Shown here in pieces: positions 11,470 to 22,900 of a DNA stretch of 64,000 nt; position 1 is the first letter of the stretch, and the number at the start of each line of letters is the position of its first letter. A model generated the notes under the pieces. The model searched no databases. It was not told the DNA's origin and saw nothing but the letters and a program-made list of their open reading frames with translations. Both the position numbers and the translations under genes were made by a program. Source of the stretch: Macrostomum lignano (taxonomy: Eukaryota); NCBI GenBank assembly GCA_002269645.1, contig NIVC01002639.1:1-64000 (forward strand), read 5' to 3'.

Positions 11470-13810
11470 CTTATCAAGAGCAGTAATCCTTGGCTATCGA
11501 GTGCAGTAATCCTTGGTTTATTAATAGCAATAATTCTTGGCTTATCGAGTGCAGTAATCCTTGGTTTGCCAAGTGCAGTAATCCTTGGTTTATTAATAGC
11601 AGTAATCCTTGGCTATCGAGTGCAGTAATCCTTGGTTTATTAATAGCAGTAATCCTTGGCTATCGAGTGCAGTAATCCTTGGTTTATTAATAGCAATAAT
11701 TCTTGGCTTATCGAGTGCAGTAATCCTTGGTTTGCCAAGTGCAGTAATCCTTGGTTTATTAATAGCAATAATCCTTGGCTTATCGAGTGCAGTAATCCTT
11801 GGTTTATTAATGGCAATAATCCATGGCTCATCGAGTGCAGTAATCCTTGGTTTATTAATAGCAATAATCCTTGATTAATCAAGTGCATTAATCCTTGGTT
11901 TATTAATAGCAATAATCCTTGGCTTATCGAGTGCAGTAATCCTTGGTTTGCCAAGTGCAGTAATCCTTGGTTTATTAATAGCAATAATCCATGGCTTATC
12001 GAGTGCAGTATCCTTGGTTTATTAATAGCAATAATCATTGATTAATCAAGTGCAGTAATCCATGGTTTGCCAAGAGCAATAGTCCTTGGTTTATTGAGTG
12101 CAGTAATCCTTGGTTTGCCAAGAGCAATAGTCCTTGCTTTATTGAGTGCAGTAATCTTTGGTTTATTAATAGCAATAATCCTTGATTAATCAAGTGCAGT
12201 AATCCTTGGTTTGCCAAGAGCAATAGTCCTTGGTTTATTGATTGCAGTAATCCTTGGTTTGCCAAGAGCAATAGTCCTTGGTTTATTGAGTGCAGTAATC
12301 CTTGGTTTATTAATAGCAATAATCCTTGGCTTATCGAGTGCAGTAATCCTTGGTTTATTAATAGCAATTATCCATGGCTTATCGAGTGCAGTATCCTTGG
12401 TTTATTAATAGCAATAATCATTGATTAATCAAGTGCAGTAATCCATGGTTTGCCAAGAGCAATAGTCCTTGGTTTATTGATTGCAGTAATCCTTGGTTTG
12501 CCAAGAGCAATAGTCCTTGGTTTATTGAGTGCAGTAATCCTTGGTTTATTAATAGCAATAATCCTTGGCTTATCGAGTGCAGTAATCCTTGGTTTATTAA
12601 TAGCAATTATCCATGGCTTATCGAGTGCAGTAATCCTTGGTTTATTAATAGTAATAATCCTTGATTAATCAAGTGCATTAATCCTTGGTTTATTAATAGC
12701 AATAATCCTTGGCTTATCGAGTGCAGTAATCCTTGGTTTGCCAAGTGCAGTAATCCTTGGTTTATTAATAGCAATAATCCTTGGCTTATCGAGTGCAGTA
12801 GTCCTTGGTTTATTAATAGCAATAATCCTTGGCTTATCGAGTGCAGTAATCATTGGTTTATTAATAGCAATAATCCTTGGCTTATCGAGTGCAGTAATCC
12901 TTGGTTTATTAATAGCAATAATCCTTGATTAATCAAGTGCAGTAATCCATGGTTTGCCAAGAGCAATAGTCCTTGGTTTATTGAGTACAGTAATCCTTGG
13001 TTTGCCAAGAGCAATAGTCCTTGGTTTATTGAGTGCAGTAATCCTTGGTTTATTAATAGCAATAATCCTTGGCTTATCGAGTGCAGTATCCTTGGTTTGC
13101 CAAGTGCAGTAATCCTTGGTTTATTAATAGCAATAATCCTTGGCTTATCGAGTGCAGTAATCCTTGGTTTATTAATAGCAATAATCCATGGCTTATCAAG
13201 TGCAGTAATCCTTGGTTTATTAATAGCAATAATCCATGGCTTATCGAGTGCAGTAATCATTGGTTTATTAATAGCAATAATCCTTGATTAATCAAGTGCA
13301 GTAATCCTTGGTTTGCCAAGAGCAATAGTCCTTGGTTTATTGAGTGCAGTAATTCTTGGTTTATTAATAGCAATAATCCTTGCTTATCGAGTGCAGTAAT
13401 CCTTGGTTTATTAATAGCAATTATCCATGGCTTATCGAGTGCAGTAATCCTTGGTTTATTAATAGCAATAATCCTTGGCTTATCGAGTGCAGTAATCCTT
13501 GGTTTGCCAAGTGCAGTAATCCTTGGTTTATTAATAGCAATAGTCCTTGGCTTATCGAGTGCAGTAATCCTTGGTTTATTAATAGCAATAATCCTTGGCT
13601 TATCGAGTGCAGTAATCATTGGTTTATTAATAGCAATAATCCTTGGCTTATCGAGTGCAGTAATCCTTGGTTTATTAATAGCAATAATCCTTGGTTAATC
13701 AAGTGCAGTAATCCTTGGTTTGCCAAGAGCAATAGACCTTGGTTTATTGAGTGCAGTAATCCTTGGTTTGCCAAGAGCAATAGTCCTTGGTTTACCGAGT
13801 GCAGTAATCT
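11470..13810. repeat. Compound ~48-bp minisatellite (gagtgcagtaatccttggtttattaatagcaataatccttggcttatc)
   Basis: Higher-order array of ~21-27-bp subunits. Confidence 0.97.
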
Positions 13811-13874
13811 AAGTGTTTTTATTTAGTTCTTTAATAAAAGCTTTTAATAAAAAATTTTACACTACTACTTTTAA

Positions 13875-13945
13875 GCTACTTAGATTCGAACCCAGTTCGC
13901 TGCATTAGCAGTCTGGTCTGTTCAGCTCTAGGCTAGCTCTCATCG
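13875..13945 (-). pseudogene. Degenerate tRNA-Ser(GCT)-like sequence or SINE head; paralogous copy at ~18195-18250
   Basis: Minus strand: TAGCCTAGAGC ... GACTGCTAAT ... GGGTTCGAATC. The acceptor stem is not intact. Confidence 0.45.
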
Positions 13946-14649
13946 AAGTTATCAGTGATTCAACACTCACACCAAGTCAGGTAGAGTAAAAAGTCACACG
14001 AAGCAGTTATGACATAATCAATTTCTTAGGCAAGTCAGTACCAGTGTCTATGAAAGTTAACAATATGGTTACGTAATATAAATTCAGTACTGCGCTATGC
14101 TTTCACACTCAAAGCTGTGACGCAATTCAATTGAGTGTCAAATTCAGCCAGTACACAGACGATAAATAAAGTGTATTGTGATGCAATCTATTTCAGAATC
14201 AGAATTCAACCAGTCAGTTTTTCTGCTAGCATTCTCACAATGCATTTCAAGTCGAAAGAGCTGCTTGACCTTTGCAAAAAAGCATGTTTTTCGAATATTT
14301 AATCCCTTTAATATTGAGCAATTTCTTAGCCAAGATGCATGTACCGTCACGGAAAAATTTCTGATTGAACAGTGCAAGTTCGAAGAAATTCGGTTGAGCC
14401 GTTTTTGCTAAAATCGATCACACACACACACATATACCGACAGACCATTTTTAGTATATGGATTTTTAGGACTAATTTAGAACTAATTTTATTTTTAGCT
14501 TATAAACTAGCAATCTTCGCCCCCGTATGGGGGACATCTGGATATAATCTCTGTTTTCTACAAGTAACAAAAAGACAGCCAAAAATCCTTCAAAAAGACA
14601 ACAGACAAACTGCTCAAATGAAGTGCATTGCAAAAAGAAATCATCCCAA

Positions 14650-15120
14650 GACTGCAAGCATCCCCCAGATAGCAAGCATCCCCTAGATAGCAAGCATCCC
14701 CAAGATGGCTTGCAAGCATCCCCCAGATAGCAAGCATCCCCCAGATTGCAAGCATCCCCCAGATAGCAAGCATCCCCAAGATAGCAAGCATCCCTCAGAT
14801 AGCAAGCATCCCCCAGATAGCAAGCATCCCCCAGATAGCAAGCATCCCCCAGATAGCAAGCATCCCCCAGATAGCAAGCATCCCCCAGATAGCAAGCATC
14901 CCTCAGATAGCAAGCATCCCCCAGATAGCAAGCATCCCCCAGATAGCAAGCATCCCCCAGATAGCAAGCATCCCCCAGATAGCAAGCATCCCCCAGATAG
15001 CAAGCATCCCCAAGATAGCAAGCTTCCCCCAGATAGCAAGCATCCCCCAGATAGCAAGCATCCCCCAGATAGCAAGCATCTTCCAGAGAGCAAGCATCCC
15101 CCAGATAGATAGCATCCCCA
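14650..15120. repeat. 18-bp minisatellite (gcaagcatcccccagata); sister arrays at 16275-16866 and degenerate at 11165-11440
   Basis: Direct tandem units. Confidence 0.96.
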
Positions 15121-15224
15121 AATAGCAAGCATCCACCAGACAATAAGTAGCTAGTGCGACAATTTCCTTAGCATTATAGTGGCTCCTTTAAAATTCGCTT
15201 ACTTTTACGTTTGAAATTGTGTAT

Positions 15225-18120
15225 CTTTTATGTTTGACATGGTGGCTCTTTATTGTTTGACATGGTGGCTCTTTTATGTTGACATGGTGGCTCTTTTATG
15301 TTGACATGGTGGCTCTTTTATGTTTGATACGGTGCTTTTCAATGTCTGACATGGTGGCTCTTCTATGTTTGACATGGTGGCTCTATAATGTTAGACAAAG
15401 TGGCTTTTTATTGTTTGACATGGTGGCTCTTTTATGTTTGACATGGTGGCTCTTTAATGTTTGACATGGTGGCTCTTTAATGTTAGACAAAGTGGCTCTT
15501 TAATGTTTGATATGATGGCTCTTTTATGTTTGACATGGTGGCTCTTTAATGTTTGACATGGTGGCTCTTTAATGTTAGACAAAGTGGCTCTTTAATGTTT
15601 GATATGATGGCTCTTTTATGTTTGACATGGTGGCTCTTAAATGTTTGACATGGTGGCTCTTAAATGTTTGACATGGTGGCTCTTAAATGTTTGACATGGT
15701 GGCTCTTAAATGTTTGACATGGTGGCTCTTAAATGTTCTTCATTGTGGCTCTTAAATGTTTGACATGGTGGCTCTTTAATGTTCTTCATGGTGGCTCTTT
15801 AATGTTCTTCATGGTGGCTCTTTAATATTCTACATGGTGGCTCTTCTTTGTTTGACATGGTGGCTCTTTATTGTTTGACATGGTGGCTCTTTTATGTTTT
15901 ACACGGCGGCTCTCTAATGTTTGACAAAGTGGTTATTTAATGTTCGAAATAGTGGCTCTTTAAAGTTTGACATAAAGTCACATATATGTTTGACATGGTG
16001 GCTCTTAAATGTTTGACATGGTGGCTCTTAAATGTTTGACATGGTGGCTCTTAAATGTTTGAAATGGTGGCTCTTTAATGTTCTACATGGTAACTCTTTT
16101 ATGTTTGATACGGTGGCTTTTTAATGTCTGACATGGTGGCTCTAATGTCTGGTATGGGGGACATCTGGATATAATCTCTGTTTTCTACAAGTAACAAAAA
16201 GACAGCCAAAAATCCTTCAAAAAGACAACAGACAAACTGCTCAAATGAAGTGCATTGCAAAAAGAAATCATCCCAAGACTGCAAGCATCCCCCAGATAGC
16301 AAGCATCCCCTAGATAGCAAGCATCCCCAAGATGGCTTGCAAGCATCCCCCAGATAGCAAGCATCCCCCAGATTGCAAGCATCCCCCAGATAGCAAGCAT
16401 CCCCAAGATAGCAAGCATCCCTCAGATAGCAAGCATCCCCCAGATAGCAAGCATCCCCCAGATAGCAAGCATCCCCCAGATAGCAAGCATCCCCCAGATA
16501 GCAAGCATCCCCCAGATAGCAAGCATCCCCCAGATAGCAAGCATCCCCCAGATAGCAAGCATCCCCCAGATAGCAGGCACCCCCAGATAGCAGGCATCCC
16601 CCAGATAGCAAGCATCCCCCAGATAGCAAGCATCCCCCAGATAGCAGGCACCCCCAGATAGCAGGCACCCCCAGATAGCAAGCACCTCCAGATAGCAAGC
16701 ACCCCAGATAGCAAGCACCCCAGATAGCAAGCACCCCCAGATAGCAAGCACCACCAGATAGCTAGCACCCCCAGATAGCAAGCACCACCAGATAGCAAGC
16801 ACCCCCAGATAGCAGGCTCTCCCAGATAGCAAGCACCCCCAGATAGCAAGCACCCCCAGATAGCAGGCGACATGGTGGCTTTTTACTGTTAGACATGGTG
16901 GTTCTTTAATGTTAAACATGGTGGCTCTTTAATGTTAGACATGGTGGCTCTTTAATGTTCGACATGGTGGTTCTTTAATGTTAGACATGGTGGCTCTTCT
17001 ATGTTTAACAATGTGGCTCTTTAATGTTTTACATGGTGGCTCTTTAATGTTCGACATGGTGGTTCTTTTGTGTTCGACATGGTGGCTCTTTAATGTTCGA
17101 CATAGTGGCTCTTTAATGTTAGACATGGTGGCTCTTTAATGTTAGACATGGTGGCTCTTCTATGTTTGACATCATGCCAGATTTATGTTTGACATGGTGG
17201 CTCTTTAATGTTTGACATGGTGGCTCTTTTCTGTTAGACATGGTGGGTCTTTTTGGTTTGACATAAAGGCACTTTTATGTTTTGACATGGCGGCTCTTTA
17301 ATGTTTTACATGGTGGCTCTTTAATGTACGACATGGTGGCTCTTTAATGTTCGACATGGTGGCTCTTTAATGTTCGACATGGTGGTTCTTTAATGTTCGA
17401 AATGGTGGCTCCTTAATGTTTGACATAAAGTCACATATATGTTTGACATAAAGTCACATATATGTTTGACATAAAGTCACATATATGTTTGACATAAAGT
17501 CACATATATGTTTGACATAAAGTCACATATATGTTTGACATAAAGTCACATATATGTTTGACATAAAGTCACATATATGTTTGACATAAAGTCACATATA
17601 TGTTTGACATAAAGTCACATATATGTTTGACATAAAGTCACATATATGTTTGACATAAAGTCACATATATGTTTGACATAAAGTCACATATATGTTTGAC
17701 ATAAAGTCACATATATGTTCGACATGGTGGCTCTTTTTAACATCTGACATGGTGGCTCTTCTATGTTTAACATGGTGGCTCTTTAATATTCTACATGGTG
17801 GCTCTTTTATGTTCGACATGGTGGCTCTTTAATGTTCTTCATGGTATAGCTCTTTTATGTTAGACATGGTGGCTCTTTAATGTTCGACATAGTGGCTTTT
17901 TAAGGTTTGAAATGGTAACACTTTAATGTTTGACATAAAGTCACATATATGTTTGACATGGTGGCTCCTAAATGTTTGACATGGTGGCTCTTTATGTTCG
18001 ACATGGTGGATCTTTTTTGTTCTACATGGTAACTCTTTTATGTTTGATACGGTCGCTTTTTAATGTCTGACATGTTGGCTCTTTTATGTTTGACATGGTG
18101 GCTCTTTTATGTTTGACATT
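15225..18120. repeat. 23-bp minisatellite (tttgacatggtggctctttaatg), interrupted by the duplicated block 16152-16866
   Basis: Direct tandem units, with a homogenised sub-array tttgacataaagtcacatatatg at ~17420-17715. Confidence 0.95.
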
Positions 18121-19901
18121 GCGCTTCTTTGATGTTTAGCAGTTTTGTTGTGTTTTTAAGGTGTTTTAATAAAAAAAATCTTTTTGTACTACTAAGATTC
18201 GAACCCAGGTTGCTACATTAGCATTCCAGTCTGTTCGCATCAGGGCTATCTCTTTTCAATTTAAGAACATGAATTGTGGCCCTTATAATTCAATTCTTAC
18301 AGCAAGTCAATCAGAGTAAAAAGTTATGACATAATCAATTTCTCAGTCAGCCAGTATCAGTCTCAATTTAAGTTAGCAATATGGTTACGCGATTTAAATC
18401 AAGTCGTGTGTGCATTTCTTTGGCACTGTTTTCAACTGGTTGTGATGCAATCTTTATCACAATTGGAATTCAGTCAGTCAGTTTTTTCTCTAGCATTCTT
18501 ACAATACATTTCAAGTCGAAAATTTTGCTTGACCTTTGCAAAAAAGCATGTTTTTCGAATATTTAATCCCTTTAACATTGAGCAATTTCTTAGCCAAGAT
18601 GCATGTACTGTCCCAGGAAAATTTCTGATCGAATGGTGCAAGTTTGAAGAAAATCGGTTAAGCCATTTTTTCTGAAATCAATCGCATACCCATATACAGA
18701 CAACTCATTTTTAGTATATAGGAAATTTTTAGTATATTGGATTCAAAGCCATGCTATATAGAATAAAAGTTTTCATTTTAAGGTTGATTAATTTATTAAT
18801 GATAATAAGAAGCAATTTTAGGCTAGGCTTAGCAAAGAATAGATTTAAGATAGCTTTAGTATAAGAGATTATTAAATGTATACAAATTTTATTAGTAGAT
18901 TTAATTTCTATATTATTGTCTCTATATATTGTAAAATATATTAAATCTCTAGAGCTAGGCATACTTTAAGCAAAAAGTGTTGAATAAAAGAATAGAGACT
19001 AAATTAAATAGCTTTTTTACAAAGCATATATTTGCCATTTATATGCTTAAAGCAATATGTAAGTAAATATGATAAAAAATGTAATATTATCATCAGTATC
19101 TAATTCTAATACTATTGTATTAAGTAATTATGATTATATGGGAAGAGACAGAAAAGGCAATACCCCCTCTTTTCCATGGTTGAACTTGCATATAAGGGGG
19201 GTATTCTAATTTTGATCTTTTTAGGCCAACCCAAAAAGTTGGGCCAATCTGCCTCCTTTCTACTACTTTAAAAATCTTGGGCCCACCATAGGGCATATAT
19301 ATTAATTTATATTTTTATGCTATGCCTAAATAAATGAAAATTATTTTTTCTATTTTATTTAAAATAAATTTAGATCGAAGGCTTGTTTAAGAAATAGCTT
19401 TAAAAATATCTATACATATAGTTTATTAGTTAAAAGATATATATTAGGTAATTTTTTTTGTTTACAAAATTTCCTAAAGAGGCTAGGCCTAGGGCATTTT
19501 ATTTTTTGAATAAATATTACAAACATGCTTTTTTCACCCCTAAAATTATACTTCAAAAAGGATAATATCTTTCTTGATGACCAAACTTATTACTAAGATA
19601 TTAAAGAGTAATTAGGATAATGTTTTACTGATTTATTTTTATGTAAGTAATTTATTTAAATTTTTAGTAATTGCTCTAAAATGAGTCAAGCATTGTGTAG
19701 TTTAACTTTTAAACATTACTTGAAATAAAAAGGCATATAAGCTGACTGGATGTGAGACAATAATTAAGTTTTTTGTATAAAAAAATTATAAAACTGATTA
19801 GTTCTCTTCGCTCTTCCTCCCCTCTGCCCTGTCTAAGTCCAAACTGCCAGGTGCAGCCCTGACCCATCGAAATTCTTATCCAGCCAGCCAGTCAGCAAGC
19901 C

Positions 19902-22900
19902 ATGCACTCGTCAAGTTGCTCCAACATTTGGCGGCCACTGCTGCTTCTCCATCTGCTGCTCGCAGTCCTGACCGCACCATCTGGCGCCGACTCGCATTCG
20001 GGCCGTGGCGACGTCTCCCAGAGGCCGGAGTTCATGTCGGCGCACTACCAGCGCACCCGGCAGCTGCAGGACGAGTTCCGGCTGTCATTCGACTGCGAAG
20101 CCCTGGCGAAGCCGCACGTCTATGACGTCGATCCGCCGCCGCGCACCTCGTCGCCGGCAGTGCAGCCGGCGGGCTCGGACCGGCTCAGCTGGCTGCGCAG
20201 GAAGCAGGCGGAGACGCACATCCTGTCTAGCGATGCCGCCGCCCTGCTGGCCGTGGCCGTGTCGCCGCCCTGCACGCGGGCCCGTCTGATCTCGCCGACT
20301 GTTGCATCCTCAGCCGCTGCCGCCGCCGAGCCGACAGTTGCCCTCGCCGATGTGAAAGCCTGCGGCCTGGTTGCTTCTATCCAAGCCGTCCGCCGCCTGC
20401 TGCCCGACCTCGGCCTGCTGTTGGTGTTCAACGCGCCGGCCGGCAGCGCCAGGTCCTACGAAGAGGATGCCGCTGCCTCCTCAACCGCTGCTCGGCCGGC
20501 GGCCACCCCGGCAGGCGCCATCATCAGCCAGGCGCACCCGCCGCCACCGCCGCCGCCGCGCCGCCCGCAGCTTCCGGTTGTCCTGTACGAGCCGGCCGAC
20601 CTGGCCGCCCGCCTGCTCGACGAGCTGCAGAGATCCAATCGGAGCTGCAAAATTGGCTATTCGTTCAGATCTGTAGCGCCGGATGGCCTCATCAATAAGA
20701 CCTCCGTGCTGTTCGTGTCCGTGTCCTTCATCCTGCTGATGGTGATCAGCCTGTCCTGGCTGATCTTCTATTATGTGCAACGGTTCCGCTATCTGCACGC
20801 CAAGGAGCGGCTGTCGGTTAGTTGCTAGGCTGCGGATAGGCGTTGTTCTGTCCTCTAAGCACGGCTTCTGCGATGCAAATTCCTATTGTTTGCACTGTGC
20901 TCGGATAGGGTCATCTCAAAATTAGTTAGTTAGTTAGCCAGTCACTCAGTCAGTCAGTCAGTCAGCCAGTCAGTCAGTCAGTCAGTCAGCCAGTCAGTCA
21001 GTCAGTCAGTCAGTCAGTCAGTCAGTCACTCAGTCAGTCAGTCAGTCAGCCAGTCAGTCAGTCAGTCAGCCAGTCAGTCAGTCAGTCAGTCAGTCAGTCA
21101 GTCAGCCAGTCAGTCAGCCAGCCAGTCAGTCAGTCAGTCAGTCAGTCAGTCAGTCAGTCAGTCAGTCAGCCAGTCAGTCGTCAGTCAGTCAGTCAGTCAG
21201 TCAGTCGTCAGTCAGTCAGTCAGTCAGCCAGTCAGTCAGTCAGCCAGTCAGTCAGTCAGTTCGCAGGGCTTTGGGGACTGCCACAAGTCACTGCAACAGC
21301 TGACTCGCAACCAGCGAAGAGGCCGATCCGCTGACCCCTGAACACCCACACGGATATGTACACAGGCGCACACTTACACAGGGTTATCATTCATTAAATT
21401 TTCGGTTCTCAGGCAGGTATTCCATGGGATGCCAATGATTCCCATAACTGCTCCTCACCGTCCACAGATTGGAATTCCAGGCTGTTTCAAGTCAATGACC
21501 GTATATTACTACGGTACATTGTGCATGTGTATTTCGCTCAACTGGATAATAGTTTATTCTGCCTCAAGAGGAAAAGATATATCAATACGATTGAGTACAT
21601 AGCTTCCCTTTTTTCTTATAAATTGTTGTTTCTGGCATTTCAGCGCCGACCCCCCCCCCATTGACCCCGGCTCGCACTCTCCCTCCTCCCCGAATTTCAG
21701 CGTCGGCTGGGTACCGCGGCGAAGAAGGCGCTGACAAAAATCCCCGTCAAGGTGCTCAAGACTGGCGACAAGGTGAGTTTTGTAGCTTAATGCTATCAAT
21801 ATTTTTCATTTTGCTTACTTGCCGATATGTAGCGCTAAAAAATTATAAGGCAATATTTTCTGAGTGATTTTATGCAGCAGCCCGTAGCATATAAGTATCT
21901 TCAATATTGACAGTCTTGCCGATATGTAGCGTAGAGCGCTTTTTACAGAGAAAACAAGGGTGCTAGTCTCAAAGTTGATTGAGTAACTTTGTAGCGCAAA
22001 TAACTCTTTTGAAGGTATACGATAGATAGATAGATAAATAAATCTTATTAAGAGCCTGGAGATTTTTATAGGCTTTAATTTCTCCTGTTCAAACGGCCTC
22101 ATTATTTATGTTTCTTTTAATTAAAATCGAGCAAAAGCAGCTTCAGTTCTTTGGCTTCTAAAAGAGCACACGAAAGAAATTATTTTGGAACACGGGTTAA
22201 TAAGTCCTGCTAAAGATAAACCGTCCGTTAGTCCGTAATCTTCTAAGCCACCCCAATTTTCATTGATTTTTTCATCATATTTTCGTCTAGAAGAAAAAAA
22301 GCAGAAAGACTTGGAGATTTTCTGCTTGCGCTCAGGTACAGGAAATTCGGCTTCATCTCCTGTTGTCTTTCATCTCATCGACGGACTTTTTTGCCAACTG
22401 AAAAGGTCGGGCAGCTGAAGGGCTTAAGCTTGACGAGAGTGGCAGAGTGAGCTTGGATGAGCAGGGACAGACACTGGCGCATTATTCTGCAACTAACGCC
22501 TTTCTATGCTTTAATTAACTAGAGGCTTACCTTTATGAGAGAGCTAGGAGTAGATGGAGAGAGAGAAGGCCTATGTGAGTCTGCAGCGGCTCGCATTTCT
22601 GGGACTCTGAGAGGAGAGGCGGACTTCTTCCTTCTTGTTCTGTCCTTATACTCGTACTGTAATCCTTCATTCGTGCGCAACAGCAGCTGAAAGGCGGGGC
22701 AGAGAGAGGCTGCGGCTGCTGAGCCGCTATTCCGGCTTTTAATTACGCGGATCTGCTCAAACAGAGCTAAACAGATAGTGCGGTGCGAGGTTCGAATTTT
22801 TTCAATCGGACTAGTAGGAATTATGGGGAATTTTCTTTTGACGGGAAAGTCGACAAATTGTTGGAATTCCTTGATGTTCTGAGCCTTAATCGGGGATCCC

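Larger units (their letters stand above)
10692..18730 (-). mobile_element. Two diverged head-to-tail ~4-kb units with Helitron-like 3' ends and internal minisatellites
   Basis: GC hairpin followed by CTAG|T on the minus strand at 10692-10722 and 14507-14533. Shared 18-mer array and a shared ~600-bp block (13830-14460 versus 18150-18730). Confidence 0.4.

Noticed and set aside
11001-17126. Many Leu/Ile/Cys/Trp-rich periodic ORFs
   Set aside because: Frames read through minisatellites, open on both strands, with no unique coding sequence.
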